The position numbers were made by a program, and so were the translations under genes. From an uncultured Actinomycetes bacterium (lineage in GTDB: Bacteria > Actinomycetota > UBA4738 > HRBIN12), in the NCBI GenBank assembly GCA_963775735.1, contig CAVZKD010000007.1, positions 2,177,239 through 2,241,238 of the forward strand: 64,000 bases of DNA. Reading direction: 5' to 3'. Below the pieces are notes generated by a model. The model did not search any database. It saw only the letters and a list, made by a program, of their open reading frames with translations, and was not told the origin of the DNA. Shown here piece after piece: positions 21,755-31,539 of the stretch; positions within the stretch are counted from its first letter, which is position 1, and each line of letters starts with the position of its first letter.

Positions 21755-22426
21755 CTAGCGAGACCTGGTCACGACGTCGGACGACCGATGCCCCACCTGC
21801 CGTTCGCGCTTCAGAGCGCTCGGTTCGGCCGAGGGCCTCCGGCGACGCCACGCGACGACGACTCCGGCGACGATGAGCACGGCACCGACGACGGCGGCCA
21901 CGATCGCGGGCCCCGCGACGCCCCCCGGCTCCGCCGGGTCGAGTCGCGTCGTCGCGGCGGCGTTCTCAAGGTCCAGCTCGGACGCGGGGACCCGGGTCAC
22001 GGGTCCGTCCGCAGTGGTCGTCGGGACCGCTCCGCCACCGCCGTCGCCGACGACGACGACGCCGACCATCCCGACGTGGTACGTGCAGACGTACGGGTAC
22101 ACGCCTGGCTCCGCGAACCGGTACGTGATCGCCTGCCTGCGCCTCATGTCGTCGTAGTCGCCCCAGGTTGCGTTCGCGCCGAGGACCGAGTGCGGCGCGC
22201 GGTCCCGGTTCGTGAACGCCACCACGTCACCGGGCTCAACCCGCAGGATCGTGGGCGAGAAGCAGTAGTCGACGATGTCGACCTCGGAGCCGGCCTCGTC
22301 GGTCACGGGCCCGCCGCACCCACCACCACCGCTCGCCGACGCCGACCCCGGGACGAGCAGGATCGCGGCGAACACGACGAAGGCGGCCACCGCGCCCGAG
22401 CCTCTCCTTCGGATGCCGTCGGTCAT
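21755..22426 (-). CDS. Cupredoxin (plastocyanin/azurin-like type-1 copper) protein with a signal peptide and a C-terminal TM anchor.
   Basis: A strong SD (GGAGAGGAGGAG) precedes the ATG at 22426. T1Cu ligand spacing is PHSV...CTYHVGM. The C-terminal hydrophobic segment is AIVAAVVGAVLIVAGVVVAW. Confidence 0.8.
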   Translation of the reverse strand: MTDGIRRRGSGAVAAFVVFAAILLVPGSASASGGGGCGGPVTDEAGSEVDIVDYCFSPTILRVEPGDVVAFTNRDRAPHSVLGANATWGDYDDMRRRQAITYRFAEPGVYPYVCTYHVGMVGVVVVGDGGGGAVPTTTADGPVTRVPASELDLENAAATTRLDPAEPGGVAGPAIVAAVVGAVLIVAGVVVAWRRRRPSAEPSALKRERQVGHRSSDVVTRSR

Positions 22427-22549
22427 GGCTCCTCCTCTCCAGCGTGGGTCGGTCACCCCAGACGACCGGCCGACCAGGCCGGTGGTTCCACACGGGATCT
22501 CGTCGTCGCGCAGGAGGGCGAACGTGCGACTTGACGCAGACGGCGGCGC

Positions 22550-24067
22550 GTGTGCCTATCTCGTGCGAGGAGGTGCCTCCTGCCGCCGGACCTCGAGACG
22601 ACCGCACTCGGCACGCCGCAGAAGGCGTTCGCGGGCTACCCCGCGCCGTACGTGTTCGACGCGCCCGATGGCGACAAGGTCGAGCACACGATCTGGGGCG
22701 ACTACATCGGGCTGACGGGCGCGGTGGACGGCGACTGGGTCCAGGTCCGTGCCCGGGGCGTCGACGGCTGGATGCGCGCCGACGAGGTCCAGACCGAACG
22801 ACTGCTCGAGATCAACTTCGTCGACGTCGGCCAGGGCGACGGCTGCTTCATCGTGACGCCCGACGACGACTACCTGCTGGTGGACGCCGGGCAGGACGAC
22901 AACATGCTGCGGTTCCTCAGCTGGCGGTTCAACCTCCGGTTCCACCCGGGCTGGAGGATCGACTTCGCCGCCGGCGTCATCACCCACCCCGACCAGGATC
23001 ACTACGGCGGGTTCTCGAAACTCCTGGCCTCGGGCCGGTTCCGCTTCGACACGCTGTACCACAATGGTCTGATCGAACGGGCGGGCGGGCCGAGGCTCGG
23101 GTCGACGACCGAGGTCGACGGCGTCACCTGGCAGACCGACGTCGTCACCGACCTCGCCGAGCTGCACGCGATCGTCGACGACCCGGCCAAGGTCGGCGGC
23201 ATGCTCTACCCGAACCTGATGAAGCTGGCGGTCGACGGAGGCCACGCGACCGACGTCGCCATGCTCGCGGCCGGCGCGTTCGTGAAGGACTACGGGCCCG
23301 ACCAGGACCTGTCGATGCAGGTGCTCGCTCCCATCACGGCGGAGATCGGCGGCCGCTCAGCGCTGCGGAGGATCGGCGACGACGGCGTCACGAAGAACGG
23401 CCACTCCGTGACCCTGCGCCTCCGGTACCGGGACGTCTCGATCCTGTTGACCGGCGACCTGAACAGCGCGTCGGAGCGCCGCCTGCTCGAGCACTACACC
23501 GGGTTCGACCCTGCCGCCGTCGACGATGCCGAGCGCGCGCAGATGATCGATGCGGCCCGCGCGGTCTTCGGCTCCGACGCCGCCAAGAGCTGTCATCACG
23601 GGAGCGCCGACTTCCTCGACGCGTTCATCGGCGGCATCGACGCCCTCGTGACGGTCGTCTCGAGCGGCGACGACGAACCCTTCTCGCATCCTCGTCCCGA
23701 CGCGCTCGGGGCGATCGGCAAGTGGGGGCGGGGGCCGCGGCCGTTCATCTTCAGCACGGAGCTCGCCCGTTCCGCCAAGGAGAACATCAAGCAGGTCGAG
23801 GCGCTGCGCGACGAGCTCGAAGGCCTCGAGATGGTCCTGGACGCGGCCGCGACCGAGGAGGAACGCGATCTCGTCCTCGAGGGGCTCGGCGACGTCGCCT
23901 CGGCGATCGAGCGGGCGATCGCCGTCTACGGCCTGATCAACCTACGGACCGACGGGACGAGGCTCGTGATGGCGCAGAAGCTCGAGCGGCCGGCACCGAA
24001 CGGCGCGAAGTGGGACGTGCATCGTTTCGAGCCGCAGGACGGCCGCCTCCGTCACGTACCCGACTGA
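22550..24067 (+). CDS. Stand-alone ComEC/Rec2-type metallo-beta-lactamase-fold protein with an N-terminal SH3-like module; the start is uncertain.
   Basis: INFVDVGQGDGCFIVTPDDDYLLVDAG, ITHPDQDHYGG and a later CHHGS fit an MBL fold. The N-terminal GDWVQVRARGVDGWMRADEV is SH3-like. The C-terminal ~100 aa are helical and acidic. Confidence 0.7.
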   Translation: MCLSRARRCLLPPDLETTALGTPQKAFAGYPAPYVFDAPDGDKVEHTIWGDYIGLTGAVDGDWVQVRARGVDGWMRADEVQTERLLEINFVDVGQGDGCFIVTPDDDYLLVDAGQDDNMLRFLSWRFNLRFHPGWRIDFAAGVITHPDQDHYGGFSKLLASGRFRFDTLYHNGLIERAGGPRLGSTTEVDGVTWQTDVVTDLAELHAIVDDPAKVGGMLYPNLMKLAVDGGHATDVAMLAAGAFVKDYGPDQDLSMQVLAPITAEIGGRSALRRIGDDGVTKNGHSVTLRLRYRDVSILLTGDLNSASERRLLEHYTGFDPAAVDDAERAQMIDAARAVFGSDAAKSCHHGSADFLDAFIGGIDALVTVVSSGDDEPFSHPRPDALGAIGKWGRGPRPFIFSTELARSAKENIKQVEALRDELEGLEMVLDAAATEEERDLVLEGLGDVASAIERAIAVYGLINLRTDGTRLVMAQKLERPAPNGAKWDVHRFEPQDGRLRHVPD

Positions 24068-24076
24068 CCCGTCGAC

Positions 24077-25333
24077 TCAGGATCCGGCCGGCACGATGCG
24101 GTAGACGGGCCCGGCGAGCGACAGCACGTAGAGCTCGCCCGCGGCGTCCTGCCCGAACGACGCGACGGCGTCGACGGCCTCGCCGAGCGGCCGTCGCTGC
24201 TCCGCGATGCCGTCGCGCAGGACGAACGCTTCGAGACCGCCCCCGCAGAAGTCGGCGAAGACGTACGCGCCGACGAGATCCGGGATGCGCGCGCCTCGGT
24301 AGACGTAGCCCCCGGTGACCGCGCAACCGCCGGTCCCGTTCGGGTACTCGTACACGGGCCCGACGGTGTCTGCGGCGGACCCGTCGCCCAGGTACGGGAG
24401 CGACCCCTCGAACAGGTTCCAGCCGAAGTTCAGCCCCCCGGTCGAACCCGCGGGTTCGACGTCGATCTCCTCGCGGGCGCTCTGTCCGACGTCCCCGATC
24501 CACAGATCGCCGGTCTGGAGGTCGAACGAGTAGCGCCACGGGTTCCGAAGCCCGAACGCCCAGATCTCCGGGCGGGCGTCGCCCCGACCGACGAACGGGT
24601 TGTCGGGCGGGATCCCGTACGGGTCGTCACCGGAGGGCCTCGGCGAGATCCGCAGCATCTTGCCGAGCAGCGTCTGGAGCGATTGGCCGTTGCCGTCGGG
24701 ATCGCCGCCGCTGCCGCCGTCACCCAGGCCGATGTACAGGTAGCCGTCGGGACCGAACGCGAGGTTGCCGCCGTTGTGGTTCGAGTAGGGCTGCTCGACG
24801 AACAGCACGTCGCGACGCGATCCGATGTCCACGCCGTCGTCCGCGGTGCGGAACTCGGCCACGTGCGTGTGGCCCGCCGCGTCGGTGTAGTTGATGTAGA
24901 GGAACCGGCCGTTCGGCGCGAACGCGATCCCGAGCAGACCCTGCTCGCTGCCCTGCGAGACCTCGCCGGTGATGTCGAGGATCACCTCGGGTTCGGCGCC
25001 ATCGGCACGCAGCGCCACGACGCGCCCAACCTTCTCGGCGACGTAGAGCGCATCGTCGCCCGGGCGGACCGCGAGCGCCACCGGCTGCTCGAGCACGGCG
25101 ATGCGCCGCAGGTCGATGCGGGCGCCGGCGAGACGCGCCGGGTGGAGCGAGGGCGATGCGTCCGGGGAGGGCGTGCCCGGCTCCGAGGCGGGACCAGTGA
25201 TGTCGGGTGTGGTGGTGGCGCCGTCGTCGCCCGGCTGCGCCGAGGTGCACGATGCCGTGAGCAACGCGATCGCGAGCAGCGCCCACACACGCCGACGGAG
25301 TCGTATCGGCGGCCGGACGGGCGAACGCATCAC
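24077..25333 (-). CDS. PQQ-dependent sugar (sorbosone/soluble glucose) dehydrogenase-like beta-propeller lipoprotein.
   Basis: The lipobox is LLTASC. Motifs YSNHNGGNLAFGPDGYLYIGLGDGGSGGDP, GKMLRI, RNPWRYSFD and GDVGQSAREE are present. Confidence 0.85.
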   Translation of the reverse strand: MMRSPVRPPIRLRRRVWALLAIALLTASCTSAQPGDDGATTTPDITGPASEPGTPSPDASPSLHPARLAGARIDLRRIAVLEQPVALAVRPGDDALYVAEKVGRVVALRADGAEPEVILDITGEVSQGSEQGLLGIAFAPNGRFLYINYTDAAGHTHVAEFRTADDGVDIGSRRDVLFVEQPYSNHNGGNLAFGPDGYLYIGLGDGGSGGDPDGNGQSLQTLLGKMLRISPRPSGDDPYGIPPDNPFVGRGDARPEIWAFGLRNPWRYSFDLQTGDLWIGDVGQSAREEIDVEPAGSTGGLNFGWNLFEGSLPYLGDGSAADTVGPVYEYPNGTGGCAVTGGYVYRGARIPDLVGAYVFADFCGGGLEAFVLRDGIAEQRRPLGEAVDAVASFGQDAAGELYVLSLAGPVYRIVPAGS

Positions 25334-25369
25334 GTCACCAGGCTACCGACGACCGCTCGAGCGAACGCG

Positions 25370-25849
25370 TTACAGACGGAGCGCTCGAGGCCTCGCCATG
25401 ATCACCTCCGGGTCGTTCCAGTCCGCCCCGGCGACGTCGATGTACAGCTCGATCTCGTTCCCGTCGGGATCGGCGACGTAGAGGCTGTGCGTCATCCCGT
25501 GATCGGTCGCCCCCATCACGGGGACGCCGGCCTGTTGGAGCCGGGTGAGCGCCCCGCGCAACTCGTCGTCGGTGTCGCCCACCTTGAGCCCGAAGTGATA
25601 CATCCCGACGCGCCGGCCGGGCGGGATCGGCGCCGCGTCGGTGCCGACCTCGATCAGCAACAGCTCGTGGTGCGTTCGCCCGCCCGAGAACATCGCGGCG
25701 GGGAACCCGATCGTCGCCTCGGGCACGATCTGCCGCCACCCGAGCACGTCGCGGTAGAAGCGGACGGAGCGCTCGAGCTCGCGGACGTACAACACGACGT
25801 GCCCGAGCTCCTTCACGCCGCCCACGATCGATCCGTCGGTCGCCGCCAT
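25370..25849 (-). CDS. VOC/glyoxalase-family protein.
   Basis: An SD (AAGGAAGG) lies upstream of the ATG at 25849. Motifs are LGHVVLYVRELERSVRFYRDVLGW...HHELLLIE...MYHFGLKV...HSLYVADPDGNEIELY. Confidence 0.85.
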   Translation of the reverse strand: MAATDGSIVGGVKELGHVVLYVRELERSVRFYRDVLGWRQIVPEATIGFPAAMFSGGRTHHELLLIEVGTDAAPIPPGRRVGMYHFGLKVGDTDDELRGALTRLQQAGVPVMGATDHGMTHSLYVADPDGNEIELYIDVAGADWNDPEVIMARPRALRL

Positions 25850-25959
25850 GTCATGCCTTCCTTCTCGGCCCCGGCGACGCTCGGCCCGTCCGGGCCGGTT
25901 CACCGCGGGGGTGCCAGGGAGGGCGCCGATGGCGCCCTCCCTGCGCGGCTATCCCTCGA

Positions 25960-27651
25960 TCAGTTCTTCAACGGGAGCGGGAACGCGTTCCCGTCGAGCG
26001 GGTGGGTCGGGTCGATGCCGAGGAGCGCGAGGATCGTCGGAAGGATGTCGACGTTCGTCATGGTCCCGTCCACCACGCCGTCCTTCAGCCCCGGCCAGGA
26101 GAACACGATCGGGATGGACTGGATGTCCCGCTGGTGCCCACCGTGGTCGCCCTCGACGCTGTAGGTGGTCCGGTCGTTCAGCAGCGCGACGGCGTCGGGT
26201 CCGTACGGAGCCGCCATCGTGTTCACCAGGCGCTTCCCGTGCTGCTTCAACCAGAGGAGCTCGTCCGGGGTCGTCGTCCCGACGAACCGGTCGAGCACGT
26301 ACGCGTTCTGAGCGGGGTTGAGGAAGAACGTGGCCACGGCGCCCGGCAGGGTCCGCATCGCCGCCGCAGCGCTCCGCCTGCTCTTGTCGGAGATGTCCTT
26401 CAACCACACGGCGACGTGCGCATCCTGGTACGAGAACGCGAGGTTGGGGCCGATCCGCGACGCGAGGTCGGCGATCGCGGGCGTCGGAGACAGGTAGCTC
26501 TCGTCGGCCCTCGTACCGGTCTCGGCGCCGAAGTACCAGTTGAAGTCGCCGCGGCCGGGTCCGTCGACGCCGTGGAACGCGTCCGCCTGCGTCATCCCAT
26601 GGTCGGCGGACAGGACGATCAGCGTCTCCTCGAGGATCCCCTCGGCCTCGAGCTCGGCGAGCAACCGCCCCACCTGCTCGTCGATCGTCTCGAGCGCACC
26701 GGGCAGATGGATCATGTCGTCCACGGAGCCCTCGGGGCCCGTCACGTTGTCGTCCGGTCCCCACATGTGCGCCGTCTTGTCCGCGCCACCCAGCCCGACG
26801 AACAGACCCGCCCAGTCGTCGTCGTCCGCGTCGGCGAAGTCCGCCTGCATCAGCTCGATCGCGGCATCGGTCGACCAGACGTCGCCGCCCTCACGGGTGG
26901 GGTCGAAGCCGGTCACGAACCGGTTGCCGTCGAGCGGGTACATCTGGGCGGGCGAGGTCGTCGCGGTGCCGTAGTTCTCCAACGAGTCCACGTAGTAGCG
27001 GCTGCAGGCCGCGTCCATGGTCGTCGGCACGTTCACGCCCCTGGGGAACCGCCACCGCTGCGTGACGCCGTCGCACGTGATCCCCGGCGAGCCCAGCCGG
27101 GCCATGCCGATCACGACGTCGTTCGCATCGGCCGGCTGCCCGACCCCACACGCCGAGCGGTCCTTGGTCGCCACCGAGAGGAAGCGCGCGTCGCCGTCGG
27201 TCTCGAGCGCTCCCAGGTAGTCCTCGAGCTTCGGGTAACCGGTCGCGAGCAATGCGAAGTCGCTGCACGAGGCGCTCGACATCACGTAGAGCGCGCCGGC
27301 GCCGCCCCCGAGCCGGTTGTCGACATCGCGAAGGATCTCGTCCGACCAGCCCTGGTGGCTGGGGAGCAGGCCGCTCGCGATCACGTTGTGGCTGATCACG
27401 GTGATCGACGCCATGTACCCCACCTGCGAACGGGTGAAGCTGACGCCACCGTCTCGCAGCGCGGTGAGGTTGGGCAGGGCGAACCGGTCGATGTAGTCCG
27501 GGCGCATCCCGTCGATCACGAGCACGAGGACCCGAGATGGACGCGCGGGCACCTCCTGGGTCGCGTCCTGTTGGGCGATGGCACCCGGCGCCGCCAGCAG
27601 GGCGGTGAGTACGACCCCCGCCGCGGCCACGACTGCTGAACGTCGTTTCAT
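25960..27651 (-). CDS. Secreted alkaline-phosphatase-superfamily enzyme (nucleotide pyrophosphatase/phosphodiesterase-like).
   Basis: An SD (GGGAGGGAGG) precedes the ATG at 27651. The signal peptide is MKRRSAVVAAAGVVLTALLAAPGAIA. AlkP-core motifs are VLVIDGMRPDY and ...SADHGM...GDHGG. Confidence 0.8.
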   Translation of the reverse strand: MKRRSAVVAAAGVVLTALLAAPGAIAQQDATQEVPARPSRVLVLVIDGMRPDYIDRFALPNLTALRDGGVSFTRSQVGYMASITVISHNVIASGLLPSHQGWSDEILRDVDNRLGGGAGALYVMSSASCSDFALLATGYPKLEDYLGALETDGDARFLSVATKDRSACGVGQPADANDVVIGMARLGSPGITCDGVTQRWRFPRGVNVPTTMDAACSRYYVDSLENYGTATTSPAQMYPLDGNRFVTGFDPTREGGDVWSTDAAIELMQADFADADDDDWAGLFVGLGGADKTAHMWGPDDNVTGPEGSVDDMIHLPGALETIDEQVGRLLAELEAEGILEETLIVLSADHGMTQADAFHGVDGPGRGDFNWYFGAETGTRADESYLSPTPAIADLASRIGPNLAFSYQDAHVAVWLKDISDKSRRSAAAAMRTLPGAVATFFLNPAQNAYVLDRFVGTTTPDELLWLKQHGKRLVNTMAAPYGPDAVALLNDRTTYSVEGDHGGHQRDIQSIPIVFSWPGLKDGVVDGTMTNVDILPTILALLGIDPTHPLDGNAFPLPLKN

Positions 27652-27791
27652 CACGTCCTCCCTCCCGATCGCGAGCGCCGTCGGCTCACCCAACATGTCC
27701 TACCCCCTGTGCGCGGAGCGCGCAAACGCACCCACCACCGGGCGATCCTCGTCGGCCGATCGTTCTCGGGCGGCCGATAGACTCCCGCCCC

Positions 27792-29184
27792 GTGTACCCG
27801 AGGCGGCTGACGCGGCGGACGTTCATGAGTCGCTCGGCCGCGAGCGCGGCGGGCCTGTTCCTCTCCTCCTGCTTCGGGGAACGGGTGGCCACGACGCCGG
27901 TGCCACGCCCGACGTTCGGGACGCCGGCCCCCACGCTCGACACGCGCTGGCCGATCAAGCGGGTGCTGTACCTCATGCTCGAGAACCGGAGCTTCGACAA
28001 CCTGTTCGGACGGTTCCCCGGCGCGCGGGGGACGACCACGGGGGTCCGCTCCGGCGCCGAGGTCCCGCTGATCCACTGCCCCGAGTGGCTCCCGGGCGAC
28101 CTCCCGCACGACACGCCCGCGTGGACCTCCTCGTACAACGGCGGCGCGATGGACGGGTTCGCCCTCGGCGAGTGGGGGCCGTACTACGCCTACTCACAGT
28201 TCGGGAGGCGAGACGTCCCGAACTACTACGCGTGGGCCGAGCAGTTCGTGCTCTGCGACAACGCGTTCGCCTCGGTGCCGGGGCCTTCGTACCCCAACCA
28301 CCTGTTCTTCATCGCGGGACAGGCGGGCGGCGTGACGAACAACCCCGAGAACATCCTGACGAAGCACCTGAACGACGGGCGGGTCTTCAAGAGCTGGGGC
28401 TGCGACGCCTACGGCGAGGACGTGTTCGTCTACACGCGGGACGAGGACGGCCACATCGAACGGCACTCGACCTGCTTCACGTTCGACACCGTGGGCGAGC
28501 AGCTCTCGAGGCGCGACATCGACTGGGCCTTCTACTCGGCCGACCCGTACCAGGCCGGCTACATCTGGCAGGCGTACTCCGCGATCGAGCGCGTCTACGA
28601 GGACCAGGAGTTCTGGGACGAGCACATCTGGCCGGTGGACGACCTGCTCCGCGACATCGAGGCCGGAGCGTTGCCCTCGGTCACGTGGGTCACACCACGG
28701 TTCCAGCTCTCCGATCACCCACCCTTCAGCACGAAGCATGCGCACAACTGGGTCACCGACATCGTGAACGCGGTCATGCGCGGTCCGCTCTGGGAGGACA
28801 TCGCGATCTTCATCACCTGGGACGAATGGGGCGGGCTCTACGACCACGTGCCACCGCCGAAGGTCGACGGCGTGCATCTCGGGTTCCGCGTCCCGATGCT
28901 CGTGATCTCGCCGTACGCGAAGCGCGGCTACGTCGACGACGCGCTGACCGAGTTCTCGGCGCCGCTGCGCTTCATCTCGGACAACTGGGGACTGCCCTAC
29001 CTGCACGCCCCGGATCCGAGGTTCGCACGACTTCGAGCACGTCTTCGACTTCGACCGGCGGCCGCGGCCGCCCCGCCCGCTCCCCAAGATCCCGGCGACG
29101 AACGACTTCTGGGACTTCCCCGAGGATTTCGGCGAGTGGCCGGCGGAGCTGGATCCAGTGGCACCGGCGATCCGCTACCCCTAG
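27792..29184 (+). pseudogene. Phospholipase C / acid-phosphatase-type phosphoesterase with a Tat signal; one frame break ~29010.
   Basis: The Tat motif is RRTFMSRSAASAAGLFL. Motifs LMLENRSFDNLFG and ITWDEWGGLYDHVPPP are present. The paralog-like C-terminus SHDFEHVFDFDRRPRPPRPLPKI...AIRYP* reads only in the +1 frame. Confidence 0.8.
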
Positions 29185-29221
29185 CCGAACGTTCGGGCGC
29201 GACCTCCTAGACTCGGCATCG

Positions 29222-30610
29222 ATGCATCGTCCGCACGATCGTCGAACGTTCCTCCGCGGCACGCTCCTCGGCTCCGCCGGCGCGTTGCTGGCCGCGTGCG
29301 GTCGCGCGTTCGGTCGCGGCGAACCCCGGTGGCCGGACCCGATCGCCATGGGGACGATGCCCGAGCCGGTGAACGCCGCGAGCCTCGACACCACGACGCC
29401 GATCAAGCACGTCGTCTACATCATCAAGGAGAACCGGACGTTCGATCACATGTTCGGCCGCTTCCCCGGCGTGAACGGTGTCACGACCGGCATGGACGGC
29501 GACGTCGAACGACCGCTCACGCCGGCGACCCGCGGCGCGATCGTGCAGGACATCGAGCACTGCTACGAATGCGCGATCGAGGCCTGGAACGAGGGCCGGA
29601 TGGACGGGTTCAACCGCGACGAAGCATCCGACCGCGACGCGTACACGCAGTTCCTCCCGGAGGACCTGCCGAACTACTGGCACTGGGCGGAGCGGTTCGT
29701 GCTGCTCGATAACTTCTTCACCTCGGCCCACGGACCGTCGTTCCAGAACCACCTGTACGCGATCGCCGCGCACTCGGGCTGGGCCCGCGGGAATCCGGTG
29801 CAGGACAAGGATCTGCTGGAGGAGCGCCATCGCTCGACGGGCCTGTTCAAGGCGTGGGGGTGCGACTCGGTCGACGGCGCCTACGTCGAGGTGGTTCGCG
29901 AGGACGGCGGGATCGACCACACGTTCCCGTGCTTCGACTTCGAGACCGCGGGTGGTCTGCTCGACGCGAAGGACATCCCGTGGGCGTTCTACTCCGCGAC
30001 GCCGTACCAGAACGGGTACCTCTGGTCCGCCTACTCGGCGATCGACCGCTACCGCAACGATCCCGATCGCTGGAGACGACACATCTTCCCCGTCGACAAC
30101 CTCGTACGCGACATCGAGGCGGATCGGCTCCCCCCGGTCACGTGGGTGACGCCTCGGTTCGAGGTGTCCGAGCACCCCGAGTACAGCTTCTGCTGGGGTG
30201 AGCACTGGACCACCAGCGTGCTGAACGCGATCATGACGAGCCCGATGTGGGAGGACACCGCGGTCTTCCTCACCTGGGACGACTACGGCGGCTTCTACGA
30301 CCACGAGCCGCCGCCCCAGGTGGACCGCCTCGGGTTCGGGATCCGGGCGCCGATGCTGGTGCTGTCCCCCTACGCCAAGGAGGGACACGTCAGCCACGAG
30401 CTGGGGGAGTTCAGCTCGGTCGTGCGGTTCATCGAGGACAACTGGGGGCTCCCCCAACTCTCCGAACGCGACCGCAACGCCACGCCGCTGTTCGACTCCT
30501 TCGACTTCGACCAGCCACCCCGTCCACCGGATCCGAGGCCGCTCCCGGCCGACTGCGAGGGCCCGATGTTCCCCGACGCCCCGCCTCGCCGGTACGTTTC
30601 GGGTCCATAG
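29222..30610 (+). CDS. Phospholipase C / acid-phosphatase-type phosphoesterase with a Tat signal; a tandem paralog of the preceding gene.
   Basis: The Tat motif is RRTFLRGTLLGSAGALLAAC. Motifs IIKENRTFDHMFG and LTWDDYGGFYDHEPPP are present. It is colinear with the upstream paralog over its whole length. Confidence 0.85.
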   Translation: MHRPHDRRTFLRGTLLGSAGALLAACGRAFGRGEPRWPDPIAMGTMPEPVNAASLDTTTPIKHVVYIIKENRTFDHMFGRFPGVNGVTTGMDGDVERPLTPATRGAIVQDIEHCYECAIEAWNEGRMDGFNRDEASDRDAYTQFLPEDLPNYWHWAERFVLLDNFFTSAHGPSFQNHLYAIAAHSGWARGNPVQDKDLLEERHRSTGLFKAWGCDSVDGAYVEVVREDGGIDHTFPCFDFETAGGLLDAKDIPWAFYSATPYQNGYLWSAYSAIDRYRNDPDRWRRHIFPVDNLVRDIEADRLPPVTWVTPRFEVSEHPEYSFCWGEHWTTSVLNAIMTSPMWEDTAVFLTWDDYGGFYDHEPPPQVDRLGFGIRAPMLVLSPYAKEGHVSHELGEFSSVVRFIEDNWGLPQLSERDRNATPLFDSFDFDQPPRPPDPRPLPADCEGPMFPDAPPRRYVSGP

Positions 30611-30793
30611 CCCGGCCGACGCTTCCCCGGGGTCCTCGGAGACGCGGTCGCCGTCCTCGAACTGGTACTGTTGGCGCGAGGGTAACGGTCGCGGTTTCAC
30701 AGCTACGAGCAGTTCCCTCACCCCGGCTGCTACGGCCGGCGCCGCGAAGGGCAGCAACCAGGCCCTGCCGGCGAAAGGAAGGAGGGATCGCAC
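30611..30793 (+). promoter_or_regulatory. Long 5' leader/promoter region of the cold-shock gene.
   Basis: This is a 183-nt non-coding gap ending in a strong SD (GAAAGGAAGGAGGG). Long structured 5' UTRs are typical of csp genes. No structure was computed. Confidence 0.4.
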
Positions 30794-30997
30794 GTGGCAA
30801 CAGGAACCGTGAAGTGGTTCAGCCCGGACAAGGGTTTCGGCTTCATCACTCCTGAGGATGGCTCCGCCGACGTGTTCGTGCATTTCAGCGCGATCTCGGG
30901 CGAGGGGTACCGCAACCTCGAGGAGAACCAGAAGGTCGAGTACGACGTGACCCAGGGGCAGAAGGGCCCCCAGGCCGCGAACGTTCGTCTCGTCTGA
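30794..30997 (+). CDS. cspA: Cold-shock protein (CspA family).
   Basis: The sequence [34 protein letters not shown] contains the RNP1/RNP2 motifs. The protein is 67 aa. Confidence 0.95.
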   Translation: MATGTVKWFSPDKGFGFITPEDGSADVFVHFSAISGEGYRNLEENQKVEYDVTQGQKGPQAANVRLV

Positions 30998-31022
30998 GAC
31001 CACTTCGGACATCGAACGCAAA

Positions 31023-31047
31023 GGACCCGGCGCGATGCGCCGGGTCC
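31023..31047. terminator. Bidirectional intrinsic-terminator-like hairpin between cspA and the convergent small ORF.
   Basis: The hairpin is GGACCCGGCGC-GAT-GCGCCGGGTCC, a perfect 11-bp stem. It is flanked by AA upstream and TTCGTCGTT downstream. Confidence 0.6.
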
Positions 31048-31068
31048 TTCGTCGTTCCGGATCCTTCG

Positions 31069-31302
31069 TCAGGCGTCCGCGCCGGCGACGTCCGCCTCTT
31101 CGGCTCCCTCGTCCTCCTCCACGACGCCAGGCGTCGGCAGGAACTCGCTCTGCTCCGCGGGGCCGATGGGCGGACCGGGCTCGATCAGGCCGGCCTCACG
31201 GTCCTTCCGGCGGGCGGCGCGTGCCACGCGCCGCTCCTCGCGGGCGGCCAACTTCTTCGCGGTCACGTCTCGCCGTTTGCGCTTGCCGAGGCTATCGGGC
31301 AT
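31069..31302 (-). CDS. Small charged hypothetical protein.
   Basis: This 77-aa ORF has a Lys/Arg-rich N-half (KRKRRDVTAKKLAAREERRVARAARRKDRE) and an acidic tail. It is plausible but unsupported by any recognisable motif. Confidence 0.35.
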   Translation of the reverse strand: MPDSLGKRKRRDVTAKKLAAREERRVARAARRKDREAGLIEPGPPIGPAEQSEFLPTPGVVEEDEGAEEADVAGADA

Positions 31303-31350
31303 CGCGTCCTCCTGGTGGTGCCGTCCGAACCCTCGACGGGATGGCGCCCG

Positions 31351-31539
31351 TCAGGGACGCTGCAGCGCGTGACGGACGGTGGGAAGGGTGTGCACGTAAC
31401 AGGTGGCCGAGCGGTTGTACGTGGAGAGAACGGTCGCGCAGCCGGGCTCGGCGCACGGCCGACCTTTCTGCGGACGTGACGCCGCTTCCTTCCCTCGATC
31501 GGGAGTCCCGAACAACACGTCACTGGAACCTCTGGCCAT
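31351..31539 (-). CDS. Small Cys/His (zinc-finger-like) hypothetical protein.
   Basis: This 62-aa ORF contains C-x4-C-x15-C-x2-H (PCAEPGCATVLSTYNRSATCYVH). Confidence 0.4.
   Translation of the reverse strand: MARGSSDVLFGTPDRGKEAASRPQKGRPCAEPGCATVLSTYNRSATCYVHTLPTVRHALQRP

Noticed and set aside
22444-24318. A 624-aa alternative-frame plus-strand ORF overlapping the MBL-fold gene.
   Set aside because: Its translation is Arg-rich junk, whereas the frame at 22550..24067 carries the MBL motifs.
27652-27791. PHO-box direct repeats in the divergent promoter of the phosphatase genes.
   Set aside because: I found only two weak heptamer-like matches (GCTCACC, CGCACCC) with imperfect spacing. That is insufficient without a matrix scan.
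29207-31021. A 604-aa minus-strand ORF.
   Set aside because: It is antisense to the second phosphoesterase and to cspA, and it has no recognisable motifs.
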